A DNA stretch of 64,000 nt from Octopus vulgaris (lineage: Eukaryota), in the NCBI GenBank assembly GCA_951406725.2, contig OX597819.1:46066001-46130000 (forward strand). Reading direction: 5' to 3'. Below are positions 1 to 12,364 of the stretch, piece by piece. Each line of letters starts with the position of its first letter. Positions within the stretch are counted from its first letter, which is position 1. Both the position numbers and the translations under genes were made by a program. Under the pieces are notes generated by a model. That model was not told the DNA's origin. It ran no database searches and was given only the letters and a program-made list of their open reading frames with translations.

Positions 1-274
1 GTTACAGAGACGTAAATACACCAGCATCGGTTGTCAAGCGATGTTGGGGGGACAAACACAGCCACACAAACATATACACACACATACATATATATATACA
101 CACACATATACGACGGGCTTCTTTCAGTTTCTGTCTACCAAATCCACTCACAAGGCTTTGGTCGGCCCGAGGCTATAGTAGGAGACACTTGCCCAAGTTG
201 CCACGCAGTGGGACTGAATCCGGAACAATATGGTTGCTAAGCAAGCTACTTAGCACACAGCCGCTCCTGCACCT
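1..274 (-). mobile_element. tRNA-derived SINE, family A (CORE-like), cut by window edge
   Basis: Reverse complement begins aggtgcaggagcggctgtgtgctaagtagc...ccggattcagtcccactgcgtggcaacttgggcaagtgtc; internal (CA/TA)n; near-identical copies at 1.6, 14.7, 15.8, 16.3 and 46.3 kb. Confidence 0.85.
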
Positions 275-576
275 ATAAATGTATACACACACACACACAC
301 ACACACATACATATATGTGCGTGTATAGGTACAGATGTGAGATAGACAGTAAGAGAGAGAGACAGGCAGACAAACAGATAGGTAGAGATGGACAGAGAAA
401 GTAAGAGAGAGTTGAGGAAAAGTGAATGAACGTATCCTGCTAAACACTGTAATGCTAGAGAATAAACCATACTTCTATACTTCACTACATGTATTGAGTA
501 GTCTTTTTACCGTTTATCACTCTAAGCACGCAAAGAGACAGACACATAACACATACTCGCATTGAGAGGAGTGCGC

Positions 577-639
<63 letters not shown>

Positions 640-649
640 CATCTCTCCA

Positions 650-748
<99 letters not shown>

Positions 749-750
749 GC

Positions 751-787
<37 letters not shown>

Positions 788-929
788 TGTGTATGCGTGT
801 TCATGTGTGTATGTTTACGTTATTTACACTCTTTTTGATGTTTTTGCTAAACAGTTAAGAGATATTTCGAGTGATTTATTGATTTGGGATTTGTTAACTT
901 GAACAACATTTGCTTCTTTTTGGAACATT

Positions 930-960
<31 letters not shown>

Positions 961-1628
961 GCACACATATACACACATACATGCAGAGTGATACTTGAGA
1001 AATCTTCAAAGCACAAACTATCGGAATCCGTATCTTTTCACTGTTTTTCATCTCTCACTTCCTTCCTATTCGCCCGCTATTTCTTAACCTTCTCAAAAGC
1101 AGTGTTGTTTTTCGACCAATCCTAGCCTATCACTTGTCTCGCGGATCACCATGACGTGGTTCAGACCAACGCTTTGGTCTGTCTTTGTTAAAGCAACGTT
1201 TCGTTGCGCCGCTTTCTACAGCAGTGACACGTAAGTCTTGATTCCTTACTCTCTACTACTAATAAATTCCATTGTCTACTGTTTGGGGATTTGGCATTTC
1301 CTTGTTTTACTAAAAAAAAATACCTTGCTATTATGCAAAAGTGTTGTATGTCCAAAACGTTGCTTTTTCAGAAAACAAAAAATGGTTTCACCATTCCATA
1401 GCAAAACCGTTATACTACACTTTGATAACTTTTGATATCTTTGTATCAGAAGCAGCTGGAGACATGATAGTTTGACCAAAAAAATCGGCTATTGCAAGCA
1501 AAAATAAATATTTGCTCAAATTTGGCCATACGACAGTTTAACATAATAACAACGATAAATAGGCTTCTACAGCTACCAGTAAACCGCCGTTTCTTCTCAT
1601 TTCTTCAAGTACTAGTCTCAGAAACTCT

Positions 1629-1840
1629 TTTACTCTTTTGCTTCTTTCAGTCATTTGACTGTGGCTATACTGAAGCACCGCCTTTAGTCAAGCAAATCGA
1701 CCACAGGACTTATTCTTCGTAAGTCTAGTACTTATTCTATCGGAGTCTTTTGCGGAAGCGCTAAGTTACGGGGACGTAAACATACCAACATCAGTTGTCA
1801 AGCGATGTTGGGCGGCAAACACAAACACATAAACACACAC

Positions 1841-1921
<81 letters not shown>

Positions 1922-2089
1922 CATATATACGACGGGCTTCTTTCAGTTTCTGTCTACCAAATCCATTCACAAGGCTTTGGTCGGCCCGAGGCTATATTAG
2001 AAGATATTCGCCCAATGTGCCACGCAGTGGCAAGGAACCCGCATGTAATTGGTAAGTAAGCTGCTTACCACAGAGCCACTCCTATGCCT
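1629..2089 (-). mobile_element. SINE family A, full length
   Basis: Same head, body and tail as the 15832-16242 copy, with internal (CA)n. Confidence 0.85.
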
Positions 2090-2197
2090 GTGCAAAATAT
2101 TTGAGAGGTCTTGCTGTTTTGTGTCTTACAAAAGCCGTAAATTGGAAGAAAATGACGCTAATATTAATATTAATTTAAAATTTGATCACAAGCTCAG

Positions 2198-2787
2198 CAA
2201 TTTTGGGCAAGGGTATAAGTCGATTATATCGACCCCAATGCTCAGCTGGTATATATTTTAATCCATCACAGAAGGATGGAAGTCAAAGTCGACCTCGGCG
2301 GAATTTGGTCCCAGAGCATAAAGACGGACGAAATTCAGCTATGCTTTTTGCCCGGCATGCTTACGTTTCTTATTTCTTTACAGCCCACAAGGGGCTACAC
2401 ACAGAGGAGACAAACAAGGACAGACAAATGGACTAAGTCGATTATATCGACCCCAGTGCGTAACTGGTACTTATTTAATCGACCCCGAAAGGATGAAAAG
2501 CAAAGTCGACCTCGGCGGAATTTGAACTGAGAACGTAACAGCAGACAAAATACCTATTTCTTTACTACCCGCAAGGGGCTAAACACAGAAGGGACAAACA
2601 AGGACAGACAAACTGATTACGTCGATTATATCGACTCCAGTGTGTAACTGGTACTTATTTACTCGACCCCGAAAGAATGAAAGGCAAAGTCGACCTCGAC
2701 GGAATTTGAACTCAGAATGTAACGACAGACGAAATACGGCTACGCACTTCGCCCAGCGTGCTAACGTTTCTGCCAGCTCGCCACCTT
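2198..2787 (-). mobile_element. Tandem array of SINE family B (tRNA head plus Meta-like gtcgactttgcctttcatcc core)
   Basis: Three repeats of gaaaggatgaaag(g)caaagtcgacctcggcggaatttgaac; only one head, at 2740-2787. Confidence 0.8.
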
Positions 2788-3112
2788 TTTGACTAGCCAT
2801 AATATTATTCAAAATATTTTTAATGGAATTTTCTCATTAATTTTAAATAGAAAGCTAATTAACTTAAACAAAGCTGACAACCAAATATTTCTAAGTGTGC
2901 TTTATGTAATTAAATTCTTTATATTTAGAGGTATTTGTTTGGAGAGGAGAAACAAAGAAATACCTATGTCAGGTAATCTTAATCAGGAGACAATGAAAGA
3001 AAAGTATTTAATATGGGATTGGCAAATGTATAGTAATTGTAAAGAAAACAGGTGTTTGAAAGAAACATTTGGTGGGGAGAAAAGTCATAGTACGAGTTGT
3101 AAATAAAGCGGT

Positions 3113-3292
3113 TTCATATTTTGGCACAAAGCCAGCAATTTTGGGTGAGTGGGTAAGTCAGCTAGTACTTATTTTATCGATTCTCAAAATGATGAAAGTC
3201 AAGTTGTCCTCCGCGGAATTTGAACTTAGAACGTAAAATGGACGAAATGCTGCAAAGAATTTTTCCCATTATACTAACGATTCTGCCACCTT
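3113..3292 (-). mobile_element. Decayed SINE family B
   Basis: gatgaaagtcaagttgtcctccgcggaatttgaacttagaacg resembles the family B core. Confidence 0.65.
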
Positions 3293-3675
3293 AAACAAGG
3301 CGTATATATTGCCAGGAAAGTATAGCAAAAGAAAAGGAAAATACATCAAATGTCCTTCCGTAGCCTTAAGCTCATGAGGTCCGTTTCCCTTAATGTTCGG
3401 TGTATAAATTTCCCTGCTGGACAGGACGCCGTTCTGTCACAAGATTACTCATTTTTGCCAGTTGAGTGAACCGCAGCAATATGAAGGGAAGTACAGTTCT
3501 ATATTTAAGAGATGAGGAGTTATGTGCATTATTTACAATTGTCTTCGTCTTGTTTGTTGTTAACACAACGTTTCGGCTGATATATCCTTCATCAGCTGCC
3601 CTGGGGAAATTTCGAACCTGGGTTCTCATTCCTAAGGTTGTTGTTGTTATTATTATTATTATTAATATCATTCAG

Positions 3676-3744
3676 GTCACTACCTAGAATCGAACTTGGA
3701 ATCTTGGGGTTAGTAGTCTGCACTCAACGACTAGGCCATATGCC
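3676..3744 (-). other. tRNA-like (Pol III A/B box) cassette inside the PLE 3' repeat
   Basis: Minus strand ggcatatggcctagtcgttgagtgcagactactaaccccaagattccaagttcgattctaggtagtgac; its 3' half recurs at 4760-4800 (+) in the other arm. Confidence 0.6.
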
Positions 3745-3774
3745 TGTGGGCAATTATAGAGTGAATTTTAGGCC

Positions 3775-4464
3775 TTATAAATCTAATATTCTCCTATCCT
3801 TCCTTAATACCGGTTCCCATATGCTGTTCATATCTGCACTCGGTCTAATTAGGAGGTTGTTGTGTCCTAGCATATGTGCTGCTTCTTTTAGTTTTCGTAT
3901 TTTCCAGTGGTGTTCGCTGTCTATTATTCTAATTTCATCCCACAGGGGAAGATGGTCTCCATTTTTCCATACATGATCAGCTATACCTGATTTAACAATA
4001 TCTCCCCGTGTCACAGCTTTGCGATGTTCCTCTACCCATATTTTGAGGGGCGGCATGTTTTGACTTTGTATACCTACCACAGCTGCACGGGATGGATTAC
4101 ACGCAATTCTTGGTCATATTCTCTTCTATTGGTGGTTTTACTCGAAAGAGATATTTTCGAAGTGTTGTATTACTTTTGAATACTGATCTGATGTCATATG
4201 GGCCGCATATCTTTTCGGAGAGGCCTTTCACATAGGGTAGACAGACTGTGGGCAGTTTATCGGTTTCATCCTCATTTTTATTCATAATTGGGGTGGAGAT
4301 TATGCTTTTGGGGTAGTTGTTGCTTAATAGATTGTTACTGGGCTTGATCATTTCTTTGTGGTGGGTATCACGATCGCTACTTAAATTCATTGCACTGAGC
4401 AATCCCTCTCTTTACACTGTATGGATGGTGGGAGTTGAAATTGAGGTATCGTCCAGTGAAAGTC
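3775..4464 (-). pseudogene. PLE RT C-terminus plus GIY-YIG endonuclease, disrupted
   Basis: ORFs 4097-4402 and 3775-4080 are separated by a stop and frameshift at the GIY-YIG motif. Confidence 0.85.
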
Positions 4465-4808
4465 ATCCGTATACCGCAAGCCGACCTTCACTGGACGATA
4501 CCTCAACTTCAATTCCCACCATCCATTCAGTGTAAAGAGAGGGATTGCTCAGTGCCTAAAACAACGAGTGATGGATGTAAGTAGCGATCGGGATACCCAC
4601 CACGAAGAAATGATCAAACTAAAAGAAGCAGCACATACGCTAGGACACAACAACCTCCTAATTAGACCGAGTGCAGATATGAATAGCATATGGGAACCGG
4701 TATTAAGGAAGGATAGAAGAATATTAGATTTATAAGCCCCAAAATTCACTCTTTAATTGTTACTAACCCCAAGATTCCGAGTTCGATTCCAGGCAGTGAC
4801 ACAAATAA

Positions 4809-4889
<81 letters not shown>

Positions 4890-4954
4890 CAAAAACAAAA
4901 ACAACAACAACAACATCGAAAAATACCTTAGGAATGAGTACCCAGGTTCGAAAG

Positions 4955-4997
4955 ACACCTGATGAATGCTGGAGGATATATCAGCCGAAACATTGTA
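4955..4997 (+). ncRNA. Minimal type I hammerhead-like motif in PLE pLTR
   Basis: acac-CTGATGA-atgctg...cagcc-GAAA-cattgt; sister copy at 3563-3598 (-) reads CTGATGA...GAAACGTTgtg. Confidence 0.65.
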
Positions 4998-5051
4998 TTA
5001 ACAACAAACAAGATCAGGACAAATATCCGTCAATTGTAAATAATGGAAATG

Positions 5052-5160
5052 ATGAAGTGAAGTGTTTTGCTTGAGAAGACAGCACATTGCCCACTCCAGG
5101 AATCGAAACCACAATCTTACGACCATGAGTGCAACACTCTACCACTAAGCCATGCGGCCC
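5052..5160 (-). mobile_element. 5' part of a SINE whose 3' part lies at about 3400-3486 (split by the PLE)
   Basis: gaagtgttttgcttgagaagacagcac...ggaatcgaaacc continues gagtgaaccgcagcaatatgaa; atgaag occurs on both sides of the PLE. Confidence 0.6.
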
Positions 5161-6099
5161 CACAATATATAGCTGCAGATGGACATAGTAAAATAAAAAA
5201 GAAAGAAGCCTTCAATATGTGAAAGAATGTGATTTGAAGCGAGGAGCATTATTTAGCTAATTGTTTTAATGTGCTTATGAAGCTGTGAGTATACTGACTC
5301 CGTCATGGCATTTCCACCATTGACCAAGCGGAAGGTACAGAATGTACGAGCTGGGTAGGGAGTGGGGTAATCGAACGCTGAACTGGTACTCATTTTCACA
5401 GTGCAGAAGGTGGGTGTATGAAATGAAGTGAGATAAGCGGCAAGAACCAGCCCCCGATATAGTAACAGAACCCACAAACGTAAACCCCAAATTCCAACCC
5501 CTTAGGCCACGCGCCTAGAGGGAGGATATAGCGCAACATACAATTGTTAAAGACCATGACGTAAGCAAGTTATGTCAGCTGAACAGGAGACAAAAAGAGG
5601 AACGTAATATGTTTAGATATAACAAAGTACAACAAGAATATAGTTACATAAAGGAGAACGCGCAAGAAGAATATAGTACAAGACGAATGTGAAATAAAGA
5701 ACGTATTTGTATTTATTTATCTATTTAAGTGTGACGTACTGAGTAAATTTCTTCCATTCTGTGTCAAAGACCTAACCTTGCGATTACATAAAACATCAGC
5801 GTCAACCCTATGGACGGTATTATCGCGAGTGCAAGGGCACACGGGGACGGTTACGTACTTTCCATGGTCTATAAGTGGCCGAGATTAGTGAAATGAAGTG
5901 CTTTGAAACGATATTACAATCGTGAGTACTACACACCAACCATTATGTCAAGCATTTTCACTTCCTTACATTAATAATAACCGAGAACATATCTGTGAGA
6001 CTGATAACCTAATGAGCTGCTTGACCACAAAACTCCCAGCACGACTGCGATCTAATGAGTGAGACTTGAGAAAGACTAACAGGGACGAGAATCAGTGTT

Positions 6100-6290
6100 G
6101 GGAAGACCGTGACAATGTTCCCCTCGAGAAAGTCTTCTTGACGCATTCTGCATGTTAGTTGGACTTCACTTAGTAGAGACGTCTGAGCGCTCTATTCACG
6201 AATGATGGAAGATGGGATAATAAATCTATTTCCAGAATTACATGTGTTGGCACAATGTAAAACTGCAATGCCTATTTTGTGTGAAAAGCA
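6100..6290 (+). mobile_element. Short RTE-like LINE fragment
   Basis: Homologous to 8758-8915 (gacaatgttcc..tcgagaaagtcttc...ctattcacgaatgatggaaga). Confidence 0.6.
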
Positions 6291-6662
6291 TTAGTTTAGA
6301 TATATTTAAAACGCAACCTAAAATAGTTTTCAAAAAAGATAATACTTGACAAGTTGAAAACAGTTTGTTTTAGAAGAAATTAAAACTGTAAATAACTATT
6401 CAATATTTACTGTTTTATCGAGTTGGAATTTTTAGCACGTCCTTAAATTGCTTATTGAAAAATGTCAATGTAGTGAAATGACAAAACATATTTACACAGA
6501 CAAGACAAAGCATATACACATGCAAACACACTCACACGTACACACACACATACACACACATGTGAACATACGCACACAGTGAAATAAAATTCACAGAAAT
6601 GTAACTATATACCTGCCTACGTACTATGAAAGCATGAGTACACACACACACACACATATATA

Positions 6663-6697
<35 letters not shown>

Positions 6698-6744
6698 ATG
6701 TATATGCATATATATATATAGAGAGAGAGATTGATAGATAGATT

Positions 6745-6780
<36 letters not shown>

Positions 6781-7104
6781 TAAATATACATATATCAACA
6801 AATATATATGCACACACATACACACATACATATATAAAATCATATATTCATTTATATATATGTATGTATATATATAGATGTATACATATATGCGTAGATA
6901 TATATTGTTATATACATCACGAAGTCTATATTAGCATATATATATATATATATATGCATATATATATATATATGCATATATATATACATATATATATATA
7001 CATATACACACACACACATATATTATATATATATATACATAAATATATGCATATGTGCATTTATATATACACATGTGTGTGCAGGCATATATATATATGT
7101 ATTT

Positions 7105-7147
<43 letters not shown>

Positions 7148-8082
7148 TGTGTTTGTTTGCATATGTATACAAGTAAGTATATGTATATATCTGTTTGAAT
7201 TTAAATATGCATAAGTATACGGTCGCGAAAAATTTCATCGCAAAGAACGAAACTATTCAACGCTTATGCCAGAATATGTGCGCGCATGCTTTTGTGTTGT
7301 TATATGTGAATCTGTTTTTGCAGTTTCTGTGCGTATAAATATGGCGTCATTCACATGTTTGCGGTTATGTCTTGAAACTCATTTTTCCGTCTTGTGATTC
7401 TCACTGCTGTTTTTATTTGATATCTATTTTGGCTGTGTTGAAGAAATTTCATCTCTTAATTTGTATATCTTCTTTCTGCAGTGTTGCAGCTATAGTTTTT
7501 TCCCTTCTCAAATATATTCCAAACCGTATTCTATATATATACATATCTGTATGAAATGTATACACATACATGAAATGTATATTCGATTGTAAATATGTTT
7601 GTTTATATACATATATATGTGTGTATATATAATAATGTATCTGTTTGTGTGTATGTCTGAATGTAAGTGTGTGTGTACGTGTATTATGTGTGTGCATGTA
7701 TCTATGTGTATGAATGTATGTATGTATGTATGCATGTATATTATCAGCGGCCGCATATACATAGAGCATGTGTTTTGTCTATACGCCAATTTACTGCGGG
7801 AAAGCGTCCTGGGAAATTTCCCTACGCTACAACGAGTATGCCTATGTATATATGTATTTATGTGTGTGTGTGTATGTATGTATGCATGTATATATGTATG
7901 AATGTGTGTATGTAAGGATGGGTGGATGGATGGATGGATGAATGGAAGGCTGGATATTTGCATGTCGATATTTATACACGCATATATATCAGTTTGTCTA
8001 CAGGCATAAGTACATGCATACATTCAACCACACGCACACACACACAAACACATATATGTGTGTGTGTGTGTAATTATACATA

Positions 8083-8147
<65 letters not shown>

Positions 8148-8188
8148 GTATATATATCGAGAGATAGAGAGAGAGGGGGAGAGAGAGT

Positions 8189-8257
<69 letters not shown>

Positions 8258-8757
8258 ATTTCCGTCGGTTTCAACGATGATTTACAGAATCGCAGCATCG
8301 AATATGGCTAATGAAAAATAGAACATCTACTTATCTAGTAAATGGTACATTGACGATAACTATAATTTACACTTTCGTAAATCAGAATTAGCAACCAGCC
8401 CATGAAAACTAGAGTCAGAGAGAAAGACCTGAAACTGCACCAAAATAGTTCGAAAATATACAACTATCGTTGGACGATTTCATTTGCGTGACAATCAAAA
8501 CGTAATAATTGGGTGCTTACATGCAAATATGTGTCATTATTTTCTCGCTTATAAACATCATAGAGGCGTGAACCTTGAGTTGCCGGACAAATTTTCATGT
8601 TCATTTGAGGAGTAGGTATCGCAATAGATGAGTGTAGAAATGGTCGGATGATATTTGCAAACGATCCACTTAGCTTATCAGAAGGTGATATCGAACGTGC
8701 ATAGAATGGGTTTGCTGCTGAGTGGTGCAAGACAGGGATGGCAATTGGTGTTGTGCA

Positions 8758-9430
8758 GACCGAGACAATGTTCCTCTCGAGAAAGTCTTCACAGTTCGTT
8801 TAGCAGTTTTGCATGTTAGTAGGACTTCACTAAGTCGAGAAATTTGAGTGTCCTATTCACGAATGATGGAAGACAGGATACTGAAACTAATTTCAAAATT
8901 GCATGTTTTGGCACAGGGATGCGACAGCTCCAATAATCGATCCTCAAAAGAGAAGAGGCTGGTATAAAACAGCCAAACTTGCTATTGCCAATTCGATTTT
9001 CGTACCTATATTCACCTATGGTCATGAATGTTAGTAACAAGCGAAGAACTACGATTGCGAATACAAACGGCCCAAATGGGGTTCTTCTGAAATATGTCTG
9101 GAGCAACTGTACCTAACGGTACGTGTGGTTCGGAGATCAGGGTGTTTCTCCAGGCCAAACCGCCACTTCTCTGCATGAAACGGTTTGCAGCTGCAGACGT
9201 ATGATTAGAAAATCGCAGAATAGAATGATAGCAGGGCTTCTTCAACCTGAGTCAACCGGCAGTAGACCTAGTTTTTTGAGAAGTGGATAACTGGAGAATA
9301 TCCATGGACTCGGGTTGTCATGTTTGGGAATCCAGCTGGAATGTGCACAAATGGTTAATTCGGATAGGAACTTATGGGGCATGTAGCTGAAGACCCAATT
9401 CCCCAAAACTCTTCATGAATAGTGAGCTAG
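8758..9430 (+). mobile_element. Decayed RTE-clade LINE 3' part
   Basis: Translates to LSVLFTNDGR...PIFTYGHEC...LRIQTAQMGF...SEIR...PLL, resembling the RTE RT C-terminus; many stops. Confidence 0.7.
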
Positions 9431-9638
9431 GACGTTGGATGGAATCAAGATATGTATGTATATAACTGTTTAAGTGAACTATAAATTTGATGTGTGCTTT
9501 TCAATGGCTAATACATGTCTTCCACACTTGAATCTTTTTCATTTCAATAGTCTCAGATCGAATTATTTGCCTGGCAACTACACCTCCGATATATATATAT
9601 ATAGGAGGTCATATTCAGAGCATTTTTTTCGATGGTCC

Positions 9639-9699
9639 GACAACTGAAGAGATACCGGCGTGGGTTTCCGCCCCGACATCCGAAACTCGGAGTTTTATC
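9639..9699 (+). ncRNA. Hammerhead-like motif in a solo Naiad-type pLTR relic
   Basis: gacaa-CTGAAGA-gat...atcc-GAAA-CTCGGAG-TT-ttatc; homologous to 13921-13983 including the downstream ctaccga.taat..t.acatatt. Confidence 0.65.
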
Positions 9700-9783
9700 A
9701 TGGCTACCGAATAATTGTCACATATTATATTTACCTATATATATGTATGTGTGTGTGTATGTGTTTGTGTGGGCATAAGTATA

Positions 9784-9823
<40 letters not shown>

Positions 9824-10097
9824 CAAACGTATATATATATACACACACACAAGGATGGATGAATGGATTAATTGACTGATGAATTGATTGATTAATTGAT
9901 TGATTGATTGATTGATTTAAATTACCGATGTGTTGACATGGTTTGGTTGCGTTCGTTAACTGTTTTTTCGAATATATTTATAGGCCTCTTAGCCAACTAG
10001 CCAAGACTGCGTGTAATGAGGACTGGAAAAATGTTCATGCTGGAATCAATCATCTGTGAACGTATTGTATATACCGAAACGCGTATATATATATTGC

Positions 10098-10147
<50 letters not shown>

Positions 10148-10489
10148 GTATGTAGTCACACACATATGTATATATACATGTATCTATGTACATATGTACG
10201 TATATGTGAGTGTATGCTGTGTATTTTACATAACCTTTTTGTAATCACCGTCTCCATCGGATCCATTCTCTCCACCCATGTTTCCCGTGTTACAAAATAC
10301 GTAATAATATGAGACTCATAAAAAAACTGACCGGTTAATAATAGTGTCGAAGCATTACAGCACGCCGGAAGTAGGTGAGAGTCAATTTAGTTGTGTCCGG
10401 AAGTCACTCTACGATATGAAATCAAAAGAATTTTGATGGTTGTACTCTTGTGAAAACTCTTACGTGTCTATACAGATAATGTATAAACA

Positions 10490-10549
<60 letters not shown>

Positions 10550-10588
10550 GTTGAATTATCGTATATTCTATCTTCTGTCTTTCATTTT

Positions 10589-10625
<37 letters not shown>

Positions 10626-10664
10626 GTTAAATTATCGTATATTCCATCTTCTGTCTTTCATTTT

Positions 10665-10734
<70 letters not shown>

Positions 10735-10736
<2 letters not shown>

Positions 10737-10855
10737 TTCTATATTTATGAGATGAGGAATTATGTACATTGTTTACACTATTTACAATTGACGGTTATTT
10801 GTCCCCATCTTGTTTATTGTTAACACAGCTTCCAGCTGATATACCCTCCAGCCGA
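10735..10855 (-). mobile_element. Solo 3' end of the Penelope/Poseidon-like pLTR
   Basis: Matches 3492-3590 (cagttctatattt.agagatgagga.ttatgt...gttaacaca...gctgatata); flanked by (TA)n. Confidence 0.7.
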
Positions 10856-10876
10856 TATGCGGTTAACTGTAAATAC

Positions 10877-10921
<45 letters not shown>

Positions 10922-10924
<3 letters not shown>

Positions 10925-11262
10925 GGCGCTTGGCTCAGTGGTTAGAGCGTCGAGCTTACGATCGTGAGGTTGTGAGCTCGAATCCCAGACCGGGCTGCGT
11001 GTTGTGTTCTTGAGCAAGGCACTTTATTTCACGTTGCTCCAGTTCACTCAGCTGTAGAAATGAGTTGCGACGTCACTGGTGCCAAGCTGTATCGACCTTT
11101 GTCTTTCCCTTGGATAACACTGGTGGCGTGGAGAGGGGAGGCTGGTATGCATGGGCGACTGCTGGTCTTCCATAAACAACCTTGCCCGGACTTGTGTCTA
11201 GGAGGGTAACTTTCTAGGTGCAATCCCATGGTCATTCATGACCGAAGGGGGTCTTTACCCTT
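10922..11262 (+). mobile_element. tRNA-derived SINE, family C
   Basis: A box tggctcagtggtt, B box gctcgaatccc, then cttgagcaaggcact body; flanked by (TA)n. Confidence 0.85.
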
Positions 11263-11669
11263 TATATATATATTGTGCTGTAAGGCTTGAATATGTAGTA
11301 TAGCACTCGATCAGGTGAGAGTATAGATATAATGTTATAATAGAATTCACAAGTCTTCTGAGATATACCTACCCATTGTTTCTTGGTCGAGACATTAATT
11401 TATTCCGCCATTTTTCGAGTTAATAAGTGAAAGGCCTTTTCGCAGCTACCTTTAAAGGAGACGTTTGAACAGGGAACTCTTATAAGTAAGGAGACAAAAA
11501 AACAAAAAAACAAGTGAAACAAACAAGGTTACAGGAAATATATCTCCAAAATATGTAAACCCGAATGAGAATGTTTTATGATGTGTGTGGTGGTCTCCCT
11601 TTAAGTTTCTCCAAGATGTATTTGTTAAAATTTGAACGTAAACGAAAAATCCGATACTGGGATTTACGT

Positions 11670-11880
11670 TATTATTGGATGATCTTAACTTCTTTAATAT
11701 ATATAGCTTTTTGAAGGAACACATCGAACAACGTTTTCTCGCGTTCATATAAGATTCTCCATTTGATTTCATAGTTGATCCCTTTGTCATTAACATTCCA
11801 GATTAATGCCAAAAACGTGATTGTATGCATCTTCTCAGGGTTTATAAAGGTCGAAAAGATTATAATTTTTCGTTCCACTG
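11670..11880 (-). pseudogene. Old Naiad-like GIY-YIG relic
   Basis: STFINPEKMHTITFLALIWNVNDKGINYEIKWRIL aligns by eye with SFRHWNKRKATQLSNHIWSLRDKGVDYNIEWKIL of the 12.4-13.7 kb ORF. Confidence 0.6.
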
Positions 11881-12364
11881 ATCACAAATAACTCTTGATC
11901 TCTGTTCGACCCTTGCCTAATTGACGTCACTGCAACCTAGCTGCTCGACAAAAATCCCCGTTAAAATATGTACCAAGATTTACAAAAAACAATCGCTGGG
12001 GTCGATTCATTAGACCAAAAGAATTCTTTAAGCGATGTTCCAACATGGTTGTTGTCTGATCACTTAAACCCGTAAAAAGATTAAACACACACTGTAAATA
12101 TATATATATATATATATATATCTATACAATATGTTACATTACTCGGTAGTCAAGATAAAACTGAGTTTCAGATGCCGAAGTGGAAATCCACAACACCATC
12201 TCTTCGGTTATCTGGCTATTTGAAAACGTTATGAAAAAATACCGTTAAAAATGAAGGGAAATTACTCTGTTATAACTCTGCTTTGCCTGCGTACTTATAC
12301 ATCGCTCGCATTTTTCGTCATAAAAATTATATAAAAATACATAAAAATATATAAAAATATATAA

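Larger units (their letters stand above)
3491..5046. mobile_element. Penelope/Poseidon-like PLE: two truncated copies in inverted orientation
   Basis: Minus arm: CLPYVKGLSEKI, KNCV*SIPCSCG (degenerate GIY-YIG), SGIADHVW...RKLKEAAH. Plus arm: VYRKPTFTGRYLNFNSHHPFSVKRG (RT C-terminus). Both arms end in homologous pLTRs. Confidence 0.88.

Noticed and set aside
1175-1235. GAAACGTT on the minus strand as another hammerhead
   Set aside because: No convincing CUGANGA-like core or stem I.
10922-10995. Functional tRNA genes (also 26385-26457 and 46071-46140)
   Set aside because: Each continues into a SINE body, lacks a proper acceptor stem and has dispersed relatives.
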